Notes: generated from the sequence alone by a model not told the origin. A stretch of 64,000 nucleotides of DNA from Candidatus Kapaibacterium sp. (GCA_963665665.1 OY762428.1:2112001-2176000), one strand, 5' to 3'; shown: positions 1-10,349, numbered from the stretch's first letter. Program-made: numbers and translations.

Positions 1-370
1 TTGTGATATTATAATAGAACAGGATTATTCTGAAATTTTGGATTACCATAAGAAAAGTAAAAATGAAATAACTTTAGTGGCTGCTTTAAAACATTTTCCA
101 TTAGCTTATGGTACAATAGAATCAGGAAAAAATGGAAGATTATTAAGTATTATTGAAAAACCAGAGCTGAATTTTAAAATAAACAGTGGAATGTATATTT
201 TAGAGCCTCATTTATTAAGTGAGATACCTGAAAATACTTTTTTTCATATTACAGATTTAATAAATAAATTATTAATTGAAAATAGAATTGTGGGTGTATT
301 CCCTGTTTCAGAAAAATCTTGGGTTGATGTTGGAAACTGGAAAGAGTATTTAAGTATAATTAATAAATAA
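1..370 (+). CDS. Sugar-phosphate nucleotidyltransferase, C-terminal part (truncated by window start)
   Basis: YG..E...EKP...INSGMYILEP...W.DVG motifs of NTP-transferases; the frame appears open back to the window edge. Confidence 0.8.
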   Translation, partial: CDIIIEQDYSEILDYHKKSKNEITLVAALKHFPLAYGTIESGKNGRLLSIIEKPELNFKINSGMYILEPHLLSEIPENTFFHITDLINKLLIENRIVGVFPVSEKSWVDVGNWKEYLSIINK

Positions 371-385
371 ATTCAAATACAAACT

Positions 386-469
386 ATGTTCAAAAATAAA
401 ACACTTTTAATTACAGGAGGAACTTGTTCTTTCGGGAATGCTGTTCAGAAAAGATTTGCTAAACAATGA
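386..469 (+). pseudogene. 27-codon N-terminal stub of a CapD/FnlA-like UDP-sugar dehydratase
   Basis: Translates MFKNKTLLITGGTCSFGNAVQKRFAKQ*, matching the typical MFKNKTLLITGGTGSFGNAV start; Rossmann Gly changed to Cys, early stop. Confidence 0.7.
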
Positions 470-544
470 TTTTGACACTTAAATTATATAAATATAGACT
501 GATATCAATTAAATTTTCAAGAATTAAGTAAAGGTAAAATTAAA

Positions 545-2242
545 ATGAAAATATTAGGAATTCATGCAGGGCACGATTCAAGTGCTGCATTAGTTGTTGA
601 TGGTAAAGTAATCGCAGATGTGCAAGAAGAGAGGTTTAACAGAGTGAAACACTCAAGTAATGTACCAATAAAATCAATTCAACATTGCTTAAGAGAGGCA
701 AATATTGATGATATTAATGAAATCGATTACATCAGTTTATCATGGGAGAATAACCCAAAAGGTATTGATACATTGTTCGGCCTAAAAAGGGTATATTCTT
801 CAAAAGAAAAGGTTGCTATAAATCTTGCTAAAACGTTTTTGGGTAAATCATTTGGAATGGTAAGCGAAAAACTACCGATATACTATCCTGATTATACAAG
901 CTATGATAGTAAGAAGATAATCAATAATAATCATCACTTAGTACATGCTGCTAGTGCTTTTTATACTAGAAAGAAAAATGATAAGTGTCTAATCTTTACC
1001 ATTGACGGAGCTGGAGATAATATCTGTACTGCTGTTTGGGAAGGTGAAGGAAATAATATTAAGTTACTTAAGAAGTATTACAATGAAGCATCAATTGGTT
1101 GGGCTTACAGTATAGTAACTGAAGGATTACATTGGATTCATGGTGATGGCGAAGGTAAAACTATGGGGTTAGCGCCTTATGGTGATCCTTCAAAATGCAA
1201 GGGTGTTCTAGATAAATATTTTCCAATATTTGAAAATGATGTATTAGTAAAAGAATCAGAAATTGGAAAGGGGTATTATTGGAAAGAAAGTGGTTCGACT
1301 CAGTTTCACTTTGATGAATCAAAAGAAGTAGAATCTCTTATTGACAAATACGGAAAGGAAAATATTGCTGCTGAGGCACAAAGAAAACTTGAAGAAGTTG
1401 TTATGAATCTTGTGTTTGGATGGTCAGAAAAAACCAGTGTTAAAAATGTTGCTTTTGCCGGTGGTGTTATGTTGAATGTAAAATTAAATCAAAGAATATG
1501 GAATAATAGAGGTAATATTATTGAAGAGCAGCATATATATCCTAATCCTGGAGACTCTGGATTAGCTGTTGGTGCAGCTTTATTAGAATATTACCGTCAC
1601 AATGAGTACAATGGCCATGAATTAAATAATCTTTATTTGGGTCCTGAGTATTCAAATGATGAAATTGAAAAATTATTGAAAATTCGAAAATTGAATTACA
1701 ACTATGTTGAAAACCCGTCAAAAAAAGCTGCTGAATTACTTGCAGAAAACAAAATAGTTGCATGGTTTCAAGGAAAAATGGAGAGTGGACCACGAGCTTT
1801 GGGAAACAGATCAATTCTAATGAGTCCATTAAAAGCAAAGAATAAAGATATAATTAATGCATGGGTAAAATTCAGAGAAGGATTTAGACCTTTTACCCCT
1901 TCTTTATTACATGAGTATAAAGATGAATATCTTGAGGATTGTAGGGATGAATTTTTTATGATTACATCTTTTGAAGTGAAAGAAGATAAAAAGTCAAAGA
2001 TCCCTGCAGTTGTACATGTTGATGGAACTGTAAGACCTCAGATGGTTCAAAAATCAACAAACCCCAAATATTGGAATTTAATTAATGAATTTGGTAACCT
2101 TACGGGAGAGTATATTGTGTTAAATACTTCTTTCAATGTTATGGGAGAACCAATAATTAACAATCCTAAAGAGGCAATAAGATGCTTTTTTGATGGTGGT
2201 ATTGATGCATTATTTTTGGGTAATTATATTTTAGAAAAATAA
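545..2242 (+). CDS. Carbamoyltransferase (NodU/CmcH family)
   Basis: HDSSAAL..EERFNR.KH, HHLVHAASAF, EGKTMGLAPYG, GPRALGNRSIL, VHVDGTVRPQ, LNTSFN motifs. Confidence 0.95.
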   Translation: MKILGIHAGHDSSAALVVDGKVIADVQEERFNRVKHSSNVPIKSIQHCLREANIDDINEIDYISLSWENNPKGIDTLFGLKRVYSSKEKVAINLAKTFLGKSFGMVSEKLPIYYPDYTSYDSKKIINNNHHLVHAASAFYTRKKNDKCLIFTIDGAGDNICTAVWEGEGNNIKLLKKYYNEASIGWAYSIVTEGLHWIHGDGEGKTMGLAPYGDPSKCKGVLDKYFPIFENDVLVKESEIGKGYYWKESGSTQFHFDESKEVESLIDKYGKENIAAEAQRKLEEVVMNLVFGWSEKTSVKNVAFAGGVMLNVKLNQRIWNNRGNIIEEQHIYPNPGDSGLAVGAALLEYYRHNEYNGHELNNLYLGPEYSNDEIEKLLKIRKLNYNYVENPSKKAAELLAENKIVAWFQGKMESGPRALGNRSILMSPLKAKNKDIINAWVKFREGFRPFTPSLLHEYKDEYLEDCRDEFFMITSFEVKEDKKSKIPAVVHVDGTVRPQMVQKSTNPKYWNLINEFGNLTGEYIVLNTSFNVMGEPIINNPKEAIRCFFDGGIDALFLGNYILEK

Positions 2243-2397
2243 TATTTTTACCTCAATTTCAATTAATAATAATTACCGGAATTTCATGTTGTAAAAAACA
2301 ACTTATAATAAATTTTCATCTCGATGAATAGGATATAAAGTACAAGTAACCTTTTCATTTATTATATTTTTAATTTGAAGTAAAACAACTAAAAATA

Positions 2398-3603
2398 ATG
2401 AATATATTAATATTTTCGAACAGTGAATATCCTGAAGGCTTAGCATCTTCTGAAATTGTTAAATTAATGGTAGCCGGAATTAATAAAAACAAAAGAATTG
2501 CAAAAATAGTTATTCCAGCAGGGTATCATAATGCAAGTACAGAAGATATAAATGGTGAGAAAGATATTCCACATGAATTTATTAGAAATACTGAATATAT
2601 AAAAACCTTCAATCTATCTTATGTAAAAACACAGTTCTCTATTTTCGCATATCTTTTTAAAAGAAAGTTTATTAATAAAGAAAATGATGTTGTTGTTTAT
2701 TATGAATTAAATCTTTTACAAGATTTTTTTCTTATCATTTGTTTGTTAACTTTTGGAATTACATTTATTCAATGGACTACTGAAAAGAATTCGGCAAACA
2801 AGGATTTTTATACTTTTAAAAGAAAATTACAATATGTTGTTGCATTTGTTTCGGAACGAATATTACCAAAATTATCAAAAGGTGTTATTGTTATTTCATC
2901 AAATTTACACAAATATTATTGTAATTATACGAAAAAAGATAAAATATTATTATCCTCAATTCTTGTTGATTCAGAACCCTCGATTTTAAATTCAATAGTT
3001 CAAAATAATAAGCTAAATAGAATTCTTTCTTTAGAAAAAAAAATAATTGTATATAGTGGTACTTTTGGAGAAAAAGATGGGTTTCAGTTTATTTCTGATG
3101 CTGTTAGCAAATATATAGTGGATAATCCTGATACAATATTTGTTGCTTCCGGAATACCATACAAAGGAACATCAATAAATGAAATAATTAAAAATTCAAA
3201 CCTAAATAATATTCAACATAATTTTTATTATTTAGGATTATTGTCAAGAAATGATTTAAAAGTATTAATTAATAGTGCTAATTTATTGTTGGTTTGCAGA
3301 ACAAATTCCGAATTTGCAAATTTTGGATTTCCTTGGAAATTGGGTGAATATTTAATGACGAAAAATCCTGTTATTGCAACAAGAGTAGGTGATATTGAAA
3401 AATATTTTACTGATAAAGAGAATTTACTAATTGCTCAACCTGAAAATAGTTCTTCAATTTATGAAAAAATTAATTTTGTTTTTGAAAATAATTCTTTAGC
3501 TAAAAGAATTGCTGAAAATGGTTATTCAAAAGCAATAGAATTCTTTGATAATAGAAAAAGAGGAAACGAATTAATAGAATTTGTTGACAGAATTTCAAAA
3601 TAA
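2398..3603 (+). CDS. Glycosyltransferase family 4
   Basis: C-terminal GT-B motif GFPWKLGEYL..KNPVIATRVGDI; polysaccharide-cluster context. Confidence 0.85.
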   Translation: MNILIFSNSEYPEGLASSEIVKLMVAGINKNKRIAKIVIPAGYHNASTEDINGEKDIPHEFIRNTEYIKTFNLSYVKTQFSIFAYLFKRKFINKENDVVVYYELNLLQDFFLIICLLTFGITFIQWTTEKNSANKDFYTFKRKLQYVVAFVSERILPKLSKGVIVISSNLHKYYCNYTKKDKILLSSILVDSEPSILNSIVQNNKLNRILSLEKKIIVYSGTFGEKDGFQFISDAVSKYIVDNPDTIFVASGIPYKGTSINEIIKNSNLNNIQHNFYYLGLLSRNDLKVLINSANLLLVCRTNSEFANFGFPWKLGEYLMTKNPVIATRVGDIEKYFTDKENLLIAQPENSSSIYEKINFVFENNSLAKRIAENGYSKAIEFFDNRKRGNELIEFVDRISK

Positions 3604-3635
3604 AATAATAAGATAACATATGTAAGACAATATTT

Positions 3636-5501
3636 ATGTGCGGAATAACAGGTAAATTTGATTATAATAACAAGGTATCTGAATCATTAATATCTAAAAT
3701 GACTGATACTTTAGTGCATCGGGGTCCTGATGATAAAGGAGTTTGGTGTAACGATAATTTTGGGTTTGGTATGAGGCGTCTTTCTATCATTGACATAGAA
3801 GGTGGTCATCAGCCAATTTTCACAAATGATAAAAAAATTGGTATTGTATTTAATGGTGAAATTTATAATTATAAGGAAATTAGAAAAGAACTTATTCAAA
3901 AAGGAGTGGAATTTAAAACCAATAGCGACACAGAAACCATTTTAAAAGGGTATGAAGTTTGCGGTGATGAAATATTTGAGAAATTAAACGGTATGTTTGC
4001 CATCGCAATTTGGAATAAGAATAATAAAGAGTTAACTTTAGTCAGAGACAGAATTGGAATTAAACCTCTATATTATTATAAAGATGATAGTAGATTGCTT
4101 TTTGGGTCTGAAATTAAAGCAATATTAGCTGATAAGACAGTGCCAAGAGAAGTTAATCAAATAGGATTAAGTTTTTATTTTGATTTGATGTATATTCCGA
4201 ATCCTCATTCTGCATTTCAGAATATTTACAAATTAGAACCTGGTCATATCCTCAAAGTTTCTCAAAAAAATATTGAGAAAAAAAAATACTGGGATTTTGA
4301 ACCATCTAAAATACAAGTTGTTAATTCAAAACAAGATTTAAAAGAAGAATTTTTGCATCTCTTTGAAGATTCTGTTAAAAAAAGAATGTTAAGTGAAGTA
4401 CCTTTGGGGGCTTTTTTAAGTGGTGGAATTGATTCAAGTTCAATCGTTGCCATGATGTCAAAAAACAGTTCGGAAAGAATTAAAACATATTCTATAGGAT
4501 TTGAAGATAAACAATTTGATGAATCTAATTATGCAAAACAAATTTCAGAGAAATTTAATACAAATCATACTAATATGTATGTTGATTCTTCAATGCTTAA
4601 TTGGATAGAAAATTATGTATATCATTTTGATGAACCTTTTGCAGATTATGCAGCATTTCCAACTTACATAGTATCAAAACTGGCCCGAAAGGATCTGACT
4701 GTTGTATTAACAGGAGATGGAGGGGATGAAATATTTGCGGGTTATTACAGGTACAATAGTGAAAAAATTGCTGATAATATCAAGATATTACCTTCATTTA
4801 TAAGAGACGGAATTTTAAGTCCTACTCTTAAAATGCTCTTATCTGTATTAAGTACAGATAGTAGACATTTTAACAAAATTGATTCAATAATCAAAAGATT
4901 ATCAGAAGTTGATAAAGAAAAGATAAGGAGATATACTGAACGATTTAAAAAATATTCTGATGATGATTTTAGAAAATATCTTAAATTTAAAAAAAGAAAT
5001 ATTGGTATGGTTGAATATTATATTGAATTATCAAGCAATATTAAATCCAGACTATATTTTGACCAAAATACATCTCTTAATGAGGATATGCTTACTAAGG
5101 TGGATAGGGTTACAATGGCAAATTCACTTGAAGCTAGAGTTCCATATCTGGACCATAGAATTGTTGAATTTTCATACAAAATTCCTGATAAATTATTGTT
5201 CAAAGGATATAATTTAAAAACTTTTCTCAAACTAGCTTATAAAGATATTCTGCCTGATAATATTTTAAATAGACCCAAGGGAGGCTTTGGTTTTCCAATA
5301 GATAAATGGATAAGATATGATTTAAAAGAATTGGTTTCAGATACACTTTTAAGTAAAGACTCTTTGATAAATCCATTTTTAAATTCACAAAATATTGAAA
5401 AATTAGTTAAGTCACATTATAAAAAAGAAACTAATTCAGGTGCTAAAATCTTTATGCTTATGGTATTTAATATGTGGTATAAAAGATGGATTTCTCAATA
5501 A
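3636..5501 (+). CDS. asnB: Asparagine synthase (glutamine-hydrolysing), probably a polysaccharide amidotransferase
   Basis: MCGI N-terminal nucleophile, HRGPDD, NGEIYN, LSGGIDSS, GDGGDE, SLEARVP. Confidence 0.95.
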   Translation: MCGITGKFDYNNKVSESLISKMTDTLVHRGPDDKGVWCNDNFGFGMRRLSIIDIEGGHQPIFTNDKKIGIVFNGEIYNYKEIRKELIQKGVEFKTNSDTETILKGYEVCGDEIFEKLNGMFAIAIWNKNNKELTLVRDRIGIKPLYYYKDDSRLLFGSEIKAILADKTVPREVNQIGLSFYFDLMYIPNPHSAFQNIYKLEPGHILKVSQKNIEKKKYWDFEPSKIQVVNSKQDLKEEFLHLFEDSVKKRMLSEVPLGAFLSGGIDSSSIVAMMSKNSSERIKTYSIGFEDKQFDESNYAKQISEKFNTNHTNMYVDSSMLNWIENYVYHFDEPFADYAAFPTYIVSKLARKDLTVVLTGDGGDEIFAGYYRYNSEKIADNIKILPSFIRDGILSPTLKMLLSVLSTDSRHFNKIDSIIKRLSEVDKEKIRRYTERFKKYSDDDFRKYLKFKKRNIGMVEYYIELSSNIKSRLYFDQNTSLNEDMLTKVDRVTMANSLEARVPYLDHRIVEFSYKIPDKLLFKGYNLKTFLKLAYKDILPDNILNRPKGGFGFPIDKWIRYDLKELVSDTLLSKDSLINPFLNSQNIEKLVKSHYKKETNSGAKIFMLMVFNMWYKRWISQ

Positions 5502-5529
5502 TGATTTTTTTTAATATCCCCCCCAAAAA

Positions 5530-5745
5530 ATGCCAAATAAAAGAATACATATAATTGATATCAGGCAGATAATCAGGCTTGGCGGCGATAATTGTAGTAA
5601 ACGCAAAATATCAATGCTGACCGGTGTGGCAAGGAAAACGGTAAGTAAGTACCTCGCGCTGGCGGAATCTGCCGGGATTGAATATTCTGATATTGTGGAT
5701 ATTAGTGACAGCGATTTGATGGAGATATTGACTCACCAAAAATAA
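5530..5745 (+). pseudogene. IS21-family IstA N-terminal HTH fragment
   Basis: MPNKRI..IRQIIRL...SKRKIS..TGVARKTVSKYL resembles the IstA N-terminus; only 71 aa, no DDE domain, no IstB. Confidence 0.65.
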
Positions 5746-5783
5746 TCCCCCCCAAAAAAAAATCACTTCCATAAAAAAAAGGC

Positions 5784-5812
5784 TTGACATTTATAAATAT
5801 TATTATTATATT
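5784..5812 (+). promoter_or_regulatory. sigma70-type promoter
   Basis: TTGACA (5784-5789), 17-bp spacer, TATATT (5807-5812), with an A-tract just upstream. Confidence 0.6.
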
Positions 5813-5871
5813 CCGGCGGTTAAATGATTGATTAATATTGATATAATTGATGCTGAGCCCGGAGGATTGAA

Positions 5872-5883
5872 CGCTCTTTGACA
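5872..5883 (+). promoter_or_regulatory. boxA-like Nus antitermination motif
   Basis: CGCTCTTTGACA versus rrn boxA TGCTCTTTAACA; about 60 nt downstream of the -10 element. Confidence 0.5.
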
Positions 5884-6198
5884 ATGTGATATACTTGTTT
5901 TTGAGCGTTTTTCGCGTTTACCGGCCTTTGATATGATCTACAACCCCTAACTAAGAATTTTCCCGATGCTTACTTTGGTTTTTTATTTATGATAAGCATT
6001 TTGCACTTTTATAGAGGTTATTTTGGAGAAATGAAACTTTGTATTTATTTGAATTACACTGATCACGGCTTTTTTACTGAAGATTTTTTACTTCTTTCCT
6101 ACTCATCCCGGTAACTCATTGATATTAATAATTTTAATATCGTTGATTCTTCTTCCCGAAACGATTTTTCACGCCCAAAATCCCTTGTTCTGAGCCAT

Positions 6199-6450
6199 CC
6201 GAGCGTTCCCTCGTGTTTGCCGAGTGTTTCCTCGTGCTTGCCGAGTGTTTCCTCGTGCTTGCCGAGCGTTCCCTCGTGTTTGCCGAGTGTTTCCTCGTGT
6301 TTGCCGAGTGTTTCCTCGTGTTTGCCGAGCGTTCCCTCGTGCTTTCCGAGCGTTCCCTCGTGCTTTCCGAGCGTTCCCTCGTGCTTGTCGAGCGTTCCCT
6401 CGTGCTTGTCGAGTGTTCCCTCGTGTTTGCCGAGCGTTCCCCAGAGCCTT
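6199..6450. repeat. Tandem array of 12 x 21 bp (consensus CCGAGYGTTYCCTCGTGYTTG)
   Basis: Units read at 6199, 6220, 6241 ... 6430 (last one degenerate); internal palindrome CGAG-N6-CTCG. Confidence 0.95.
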
Positions 6451-6615
6451 CCGAGAGACTTTTTCAGTCAAAATTATTATCAGAAAACACGGAATTTTAC
6501 TTTTTTGATTAAAAGTTTCGTTGGTTTTATCAGATAAAACACTTTGATCATTTGATGTATTAATCAGGCAGGACCGATAATCGGTTTTGCCTTGTAATTG
6601 TTTTATTCATAACTA

Positions 6616-7905
6616 TTGGAGGTTACAATGCCGATAATTGTTGATAATTCGTTCACGAATGATTCCCACGGGATGAGGGCCGAAAGGCTTAATGCCATAC
6701 AGGGGAATCTTTCGATAATACAGCCCGAGCTTAACGCACCGCCGGAAATTACCGGATGGGCTTCGGGATGCTATGACTTGTTTATGCAGAAGTGGGCCAC
6801 GGCCGGAACAGAGAGCGGCGAGAAGGAAGGAGCCACTTATGACGTTAATGTTAAGGAGGAGAAGATGGAGGAGGAGTACCAGCACTGCCGCAATGTTGGT
6901 ATTGCTGCTTATGTTGATGATCAGATGCACCTGAAGGATTTTCACTTCGACGAGACATACCCGCGTGGTAGGAATGACTGTGTTGCCAGGGTGAAGCTTG
7001 TTCTGGATGCACACCTGCGGCACGAGGCCGAGGGGATTACGCACCTGATACCGGCAGAGCTGATAGTGAGGCTGACTACTGCTGTAACGGAACTGGAAGA
7101 GGCCCTGCGGAATCAGGACAAGGAAAGGTCGGAGGCGGAACATGCGGTTCTTGAGCTTTCGGAGGCCATGGAATATGATACTAAGAAGCTGAATACGCTG
7201 AAGTCCTGGTGGTTTGCCATTATGGGCAAGGAGGATCCGAGGATTGGCTATATCGGGATGGTGAACCCAAAGGGCGGCCAGGGGCGGCGCCTGCCGGCAG
7301 TACCGCAGAACTTTACTTACAATATCGGGAGCGGCGTGTTTTCCTGGGATGCGGTGGAAACTGCTACGAGCTATCAGCTTGCCTACCGTCACGCGGGAAC
7401 GAGCGAGAACTGGGAGCAGGGCTATCAGGGCGGCGATACAAGCAGCAGTTTCTTCCCCGGCGCCGGCAGCTGGGAGTTCAAGGTGCGCGCCCGCAACGAG
7501 CATGGCTACGGTGATTTCTCGAATGTGATAACGACCGAACTTGAGGACATTTTGCTGCCTCCGGCATGGGTATACGCACACTACAGCGGCGCCCCGGCAG
7601 TCAGGGGAGAGGGGGCCCCGGGGAACGGGGAGGCTCCGAGGGTTGAGCAGAACAATGTGGAGGTGACATGGGCGGAATCAACACGGGCGGAGCTTTACGA
7701 GATATGGCGCTCTATTGTTGATATTAATGATCCTCCGGGTGAATTTACAAAGATAGTGGAAACGAGCAGCCGCCGCTACCTTGATTTTGATATCCAAAGC
7801 CTTACCCGCCATTATTATTATATTATTGCCACCGCCGGGGAGCTGCGCAGCGAGCAGAGCGTGCAGGCAATGGCGGAGATATTGCAGGCGACGCCGGTGG
7901 CGTAA
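6616..7905 (+). CDS. Hypothetical protein, N-terminal helical domain plus two fibronectin type III-like domains
   Basis: 429-aa ORF; P.N...FSWDAV..ATSYQL...WEFKVRARNEHGYGDFS and VTW.....YEIWRS...YLD.....HYYYI FN3 patterns; no signal peptide; true start may be ATG 6628 after GGAGG. Confidence 0.8.
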   Translation: MEVTMPIIVDNSFTNDSHGMRAERLNAIQGNLSIIQPELNAPPEITGWASGCYDLFMQKWATAGTESGEKEGATYDVNVKEEKMEEEYQHCRNVGIAAYVDDQMHLKDFHFDETYPRGRNDCVARVKLVLDAHLRHEAEGITHLIPAELIVRLTTAVTELEEALRNQDKERSEAEHAVLELSEAMEYDTKKLNTLKSWWFAIMGKEDPRIGYIGMVNPKGGQGRRLPAVPQNFTYNIGSGVFSWDAVETATSYQLAYRHAGTSENWEQGYQGGDTSSSFFPGAGSWEFKVRARNEHGYGDFSNVITTELEDILLPPAWVYAHYSGAPAVRGEGAPGNGEAPRVEQNNVEVTWAESTRAELYEIWRSIVDINDPPGEFTKIVETSSRRYLDFDIQSLTRHYYYIIATAGELRSEQSVQAMAEILQATPVA

Positions 7906-9134
7906 GGAAGAATAACTGGGATAAGTAGGAAAAGAAGAAGGATGGGTAGGATGATAAGGAGAAGAATCTGCACTGGGATGGGTTGGATGATGAAGAGGGA
8001 TGGGTAGGATAATGTTTCTTCATCTTAATCCTATTAATCCAAAACATCCTATAAATCCAAGTTCTGACTTGTAGGATGATGAAGAGAAGAATCAGCACTG
8101 GGATGGGTAGGATGGAGAAGACAGATGAATAGGATAATGAAGACAGAGGGGCTAAATAACATTTCTTAATCCTATAATCCTATAATCCTAAACATCCTAT
8201 AAATCCGAGTTCTGACTTGAGGGATGATGAAGAAGATAAAGAATCTGCACTGGGAGGGGTAGGATGAAAAAGACAGATGAAGAGGATAATATTTCTTTAT
8301 CTTAATCCTATAATCCTGTACATCCTATAAATCCAAGTTCTGACTTGAGGAGTGATGATGAAGAGAAGAATCAGAATTGGGATGGGTTGGATGAGAAGAC
8401 AGATGAAGAGGATAAAGAAGACAGAGGGGCTAAATAACATTTCTTAATCCTAAATCCTAAACATCCTATAAATCCAAGTTCTGACTTGAAGGATGTAGAG
8501 GATGAAAAAGATAGATGAGTAGGATAATGTTTCTTCATCTTAATCCTATTAATCCAAAACATCCTATAAATCCAAGTTATGACTTGTGGGATGATGAAGA
8601 GAAGAATCAGCACTGGGATGGGTAGGATGGAGAAGACAGATGAATAGGATAATGAAGACAGAGGGGCTAAATAACATTTCTTAATCCTATAATCCTAAAC
8701 ATCCTATAAATCCAAGTTCTGACTTGAAGGATGATGAAGACAGATGAAGAGGATAATGTTTCTTTATCTTAATCCTATAATCCTAAACATCCTATAAATC
8801 CTAGTTCTGACTTGAGGAGTGATGATGAAGAGAAGAATCAGAATTGGGATGGGTAGGATGGAGAAGACAGATGAATAGGATAATGAAGACAGAGGGGCTA
8901 AATAACATTTCTTAATCCTATAATCCTAAACATCCTATAAATCCAAGTTCTGACTTGAAGGATGATGAAGACAGATGAAGAGGATAATGTTTCTTTATCT
9001 TAATCCTATAATCCTGTACATCCTATAAATCCGAGTTCTGACTTGAGGAGTGATGATGAAGAAGAGGCTAATGTTTCTTCATCTTAATCCTATATATCCT
9101 AAACATCCTATAAATCCGAGTTCTGACTTGAAGG
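7906..9134 (+). repeat. Cluster 1 of GxxExxY-associated imperfect palindromic repeats (10 copies)
   Basis: Core ATCCTATAAATCCRAGTTCTGACTTG ends near 8071, 8219, 8347, 8488, 8586, 8726, 8814, 8957, 9045, 9130; copies separated by purine-rich GGAT/GAAGA modules. Confidence 0.95.
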
Positions 9135-9203
9135 ATGGAGAGGTTAGAAATGGAAAAAATGTGTAAATTGCACAAGGAATTGTTTTTTAATATTTTAGTG
9201 CTG

Positions 9204-10349
9204 ATGAAATTACGATTGCTATACCTTACCTACTCTGTGCCGCGCCCGTCTACGCCTCTGTCCAGTGCTTTCAATATGAACAGGATCAGGGAGTTAAAAA
9301 GAAGGAACAATATTGGGCTGTATGCCCTGAGTTTTGAGCATTTTGTTAAATTTCATAAATATAGATCGAATTATAATTTTAGCGACCTGGGATTTGACTT
9401 TGACCAGGATGTAAAATGCCTGCTTAAGGTTGAAAACCCATATAGCTATATGGATATGCTAAGGCCTGTTAACACGTTCAAAATTTATAAATTTTATAAA
9501 GAAAATAATATTAACCTGATTCATGCACATGTTCTGCGGGATGGATATTACGCACATCTTGTAAAACGGAAGCATCCCGGTGTTAAGTATGTCCTTACTG
9601 TTCACGGAAGCTATATTGCATATTTGCCATTCAGGTCTGAAAGGATCTAAAGAATAACTTTGGAAGTATTGGAAAGTGCTGATAAGGTTTTTTTTGTTTC
9701 TAATTTTCTTTTAACTACTGCAAGAAAACTTGGTTATAAAAGTGATAACTATATCGTTATAAACAATGGCTATCCGCCTGATATTTTTAAATTTGATAAT
9801 AAAAAAGAAAGCAAATATCCGATTATAGGTTTTTGCGGCAATTTGAATAATGTAAAGAATGTTGTTTCTCTTGCAGGCATTTTTGAAATAATAAAAATAA
9901 AATTTCCCGAAGCAAAGATGCAGATAATCGGGCAGGGGACAAAATTCCGGCACATTTCCGAAGATTTTAAAAACAGGGGCTTAAGTGAATTTGTAAGTTT
10001 TACAGGAGGAATCAGGCAAAAGGAGATTGCCGGATATTTTTCCTCTATGTCAGTTTTGCTGTTGCCAAGTTTCCGCGAAGGATTCCCGACTGTAGTTGCT
10101 GAAGCCATTGGCTCCGGACTTCAGGTAGTCGGGTCAGATATTGGAGGTGTGCGTGAAGCGGTTGGTGATTGTGGAAAGCTGGTAGATCACGGGGATGATT
10201 TCGAGAGAAGATTCGCGAAAGCAGCAATAGAATTAATTCAAAGGCCTGTTAACAAACAGATTATCAGGAAAAGAGCAGATGAGTTGACATGGAAAAATAT
10301 TATTGATAAGGAAGTTGAAGTATATCACGAAATTTTGGGCCATGGATAA
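9204..10349 (+). pseudogene. Glycosyltransferase family 4 interrupted by an in-frame TAA (9648-9650)
   Basis: ORFs 9135-9650 and 9660-10349 are in the same frame; HAH..TVHGS and PS.REGFPTVVAEA..G..VVGSDIGG motifs; likely start ATG 9204. Confidence 0.8.

Noticed and set aside
5872-6200. rRNA operon leader suggested by promoter + boxA
   Set aside because: No 16S/23S/5S or tRNA sequence follows.
6169-6537. Four overlapping ORFs across the first 21-bp array as real genes
   Set aside because: They are open only because the unit lacks stops; no frame is favoured, so the region is reported as a repeat.
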